From: Prasinococcaceae sp. CCMP 1430
Lineage: Eukaryota; Plantae; Prasinodermophyta
Direction: 5' to 3'
Assembly (NCBI GenBank): GCA_013416795.1
Contig: RQSC01001226.1
Span: 4,613-35,082 of the forward strand
DNA length: 30,470 nucleotides
Position 1 is the stretch's first letter, and every line of letters begins with the position of its first letter. The notes under the pieces are model-generated. The model searched no databases and was not told the origin of the DNA. It worked only from the letters and a program-made list of their open reading frames with translations. A program made the translations under genes and the position numbers. Below are positions 29,780 through 30,470 of this stretch, in pieces.

Positions 29780-30150
29780 GATCCGCCCCGAACCGACCGA
29801 CCGATCCGGGCGCGACCGATCCCGCGATCCGCCCCGCGTGGTGTGCCGCTGCCGGCTCGGTTGCCCGGACGCCACCCACCCTCCCGGCAGACAGGCAGGC
29901 AGGCGCTCGACTGACCGACCGATGGTGAGCGAGGGAGGGCGCGCGCCCGTCCGCGCCCGCGCTCGCGCGCCCCCACCCAGAAAGCGACCCGACACGCCGC
30001 GCCGCGATCGTCCGAGCCGGGGCGAAGGCCGGCCCGCGGGAATGGCTGGCACGCGGACTGGCTGAGATGGTGAGGGAGAACAGCTTCCACGACCAGGCCA
30101 GCCAGCGAGCCAGCGAGCCAGACCAGCCAGCGCCGGCCAGCCTGCCAGCA
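29780..30150. repeat. Low-complexity CCGA/CCAG simple repeats, probably intronic or upstream of the YjbQ-like gene
   Basis: CCGAACCGACCGACCGATCC at about 29787-29806; CCAGCCAGCGAGCCAGCGAGCCAG at about 30097-30120. Confidence 0.55.
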
Positions 30151-30470
30151 CACACCAGTCCACCGCACGCCCATCCCTTCACCCATCCGCTCACTCATCA
30201 TCACATCACCTTCGTGGTTGCCTTGCACCGTCCCACGGGCGAGCAAATCCTGACATGCCAGAAACGCTGCAGCGCGCTGTGTGATGAAACAGAGCCTACG
30301 AGTGGTGTCAAAGTGAAAGGCTTCAAACTTGGGGGTTGTTCGTTCGTGATGACGAGAACGAGAAGAAATGCACGTCGCACGCACGCCGCGCGCCGAGCGC
30401 GCGCCGGTTTTGGGGCGGGCGCGGCGTGTACCCGCACCCCCGTGGGCGCCGGCCGCGCCCCAGCCAGGGG

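Noticed and set aside
30200-30384. KFEAFHFDTTRRLCFITQRAA as a fourth YjbQ domain start
   Set aside because: The resemblance is weak, and I found no splice phase joining this frame to the acceptor at 29702.

Overview
Eukaryotic nuclear DNA from a very GC-rich photosynthetic alga with flagellar genes. It is probably a green alga, inferred from Psb27, three-helix ELIP-like genes with a transit-peptide-like N-terminus and TGTAA-like 3' signals; the species cannot be determined. Genes are compact, with GT-AG introns of about 100-470 nt, and there are four N gaps. Left to right: psb27; two divergent ELIP-like paralogues; a roughly 19 kb stretch enriched in glycan-modifying enzymes (three unrelated membrane-anchored sulfotransferase-like genes, a prokaryote-type cytidylyltransferase, a 5'-truncated FkbM-type methyltransferase, a large PAN-like/beta-propeller/GT4 fusion, mannose-6-phosphate isomerase) that also holds an RHD3/Sey1-like probable pseudo-GTPase; then IQCC-like, DRC10/IQCD and Inturned-like genes; and a gene encoding three fused YjbQ/UPF0047 domains with complementary loss of conserved motifs. 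A palindrome, (G)TACCATCATGATGGTA(C), recurs downstream of stop codons. Most other ORFs in the six-frame track are GC-driven shadow frames. All family assignments come from motif recognition by eye; no database search was run.
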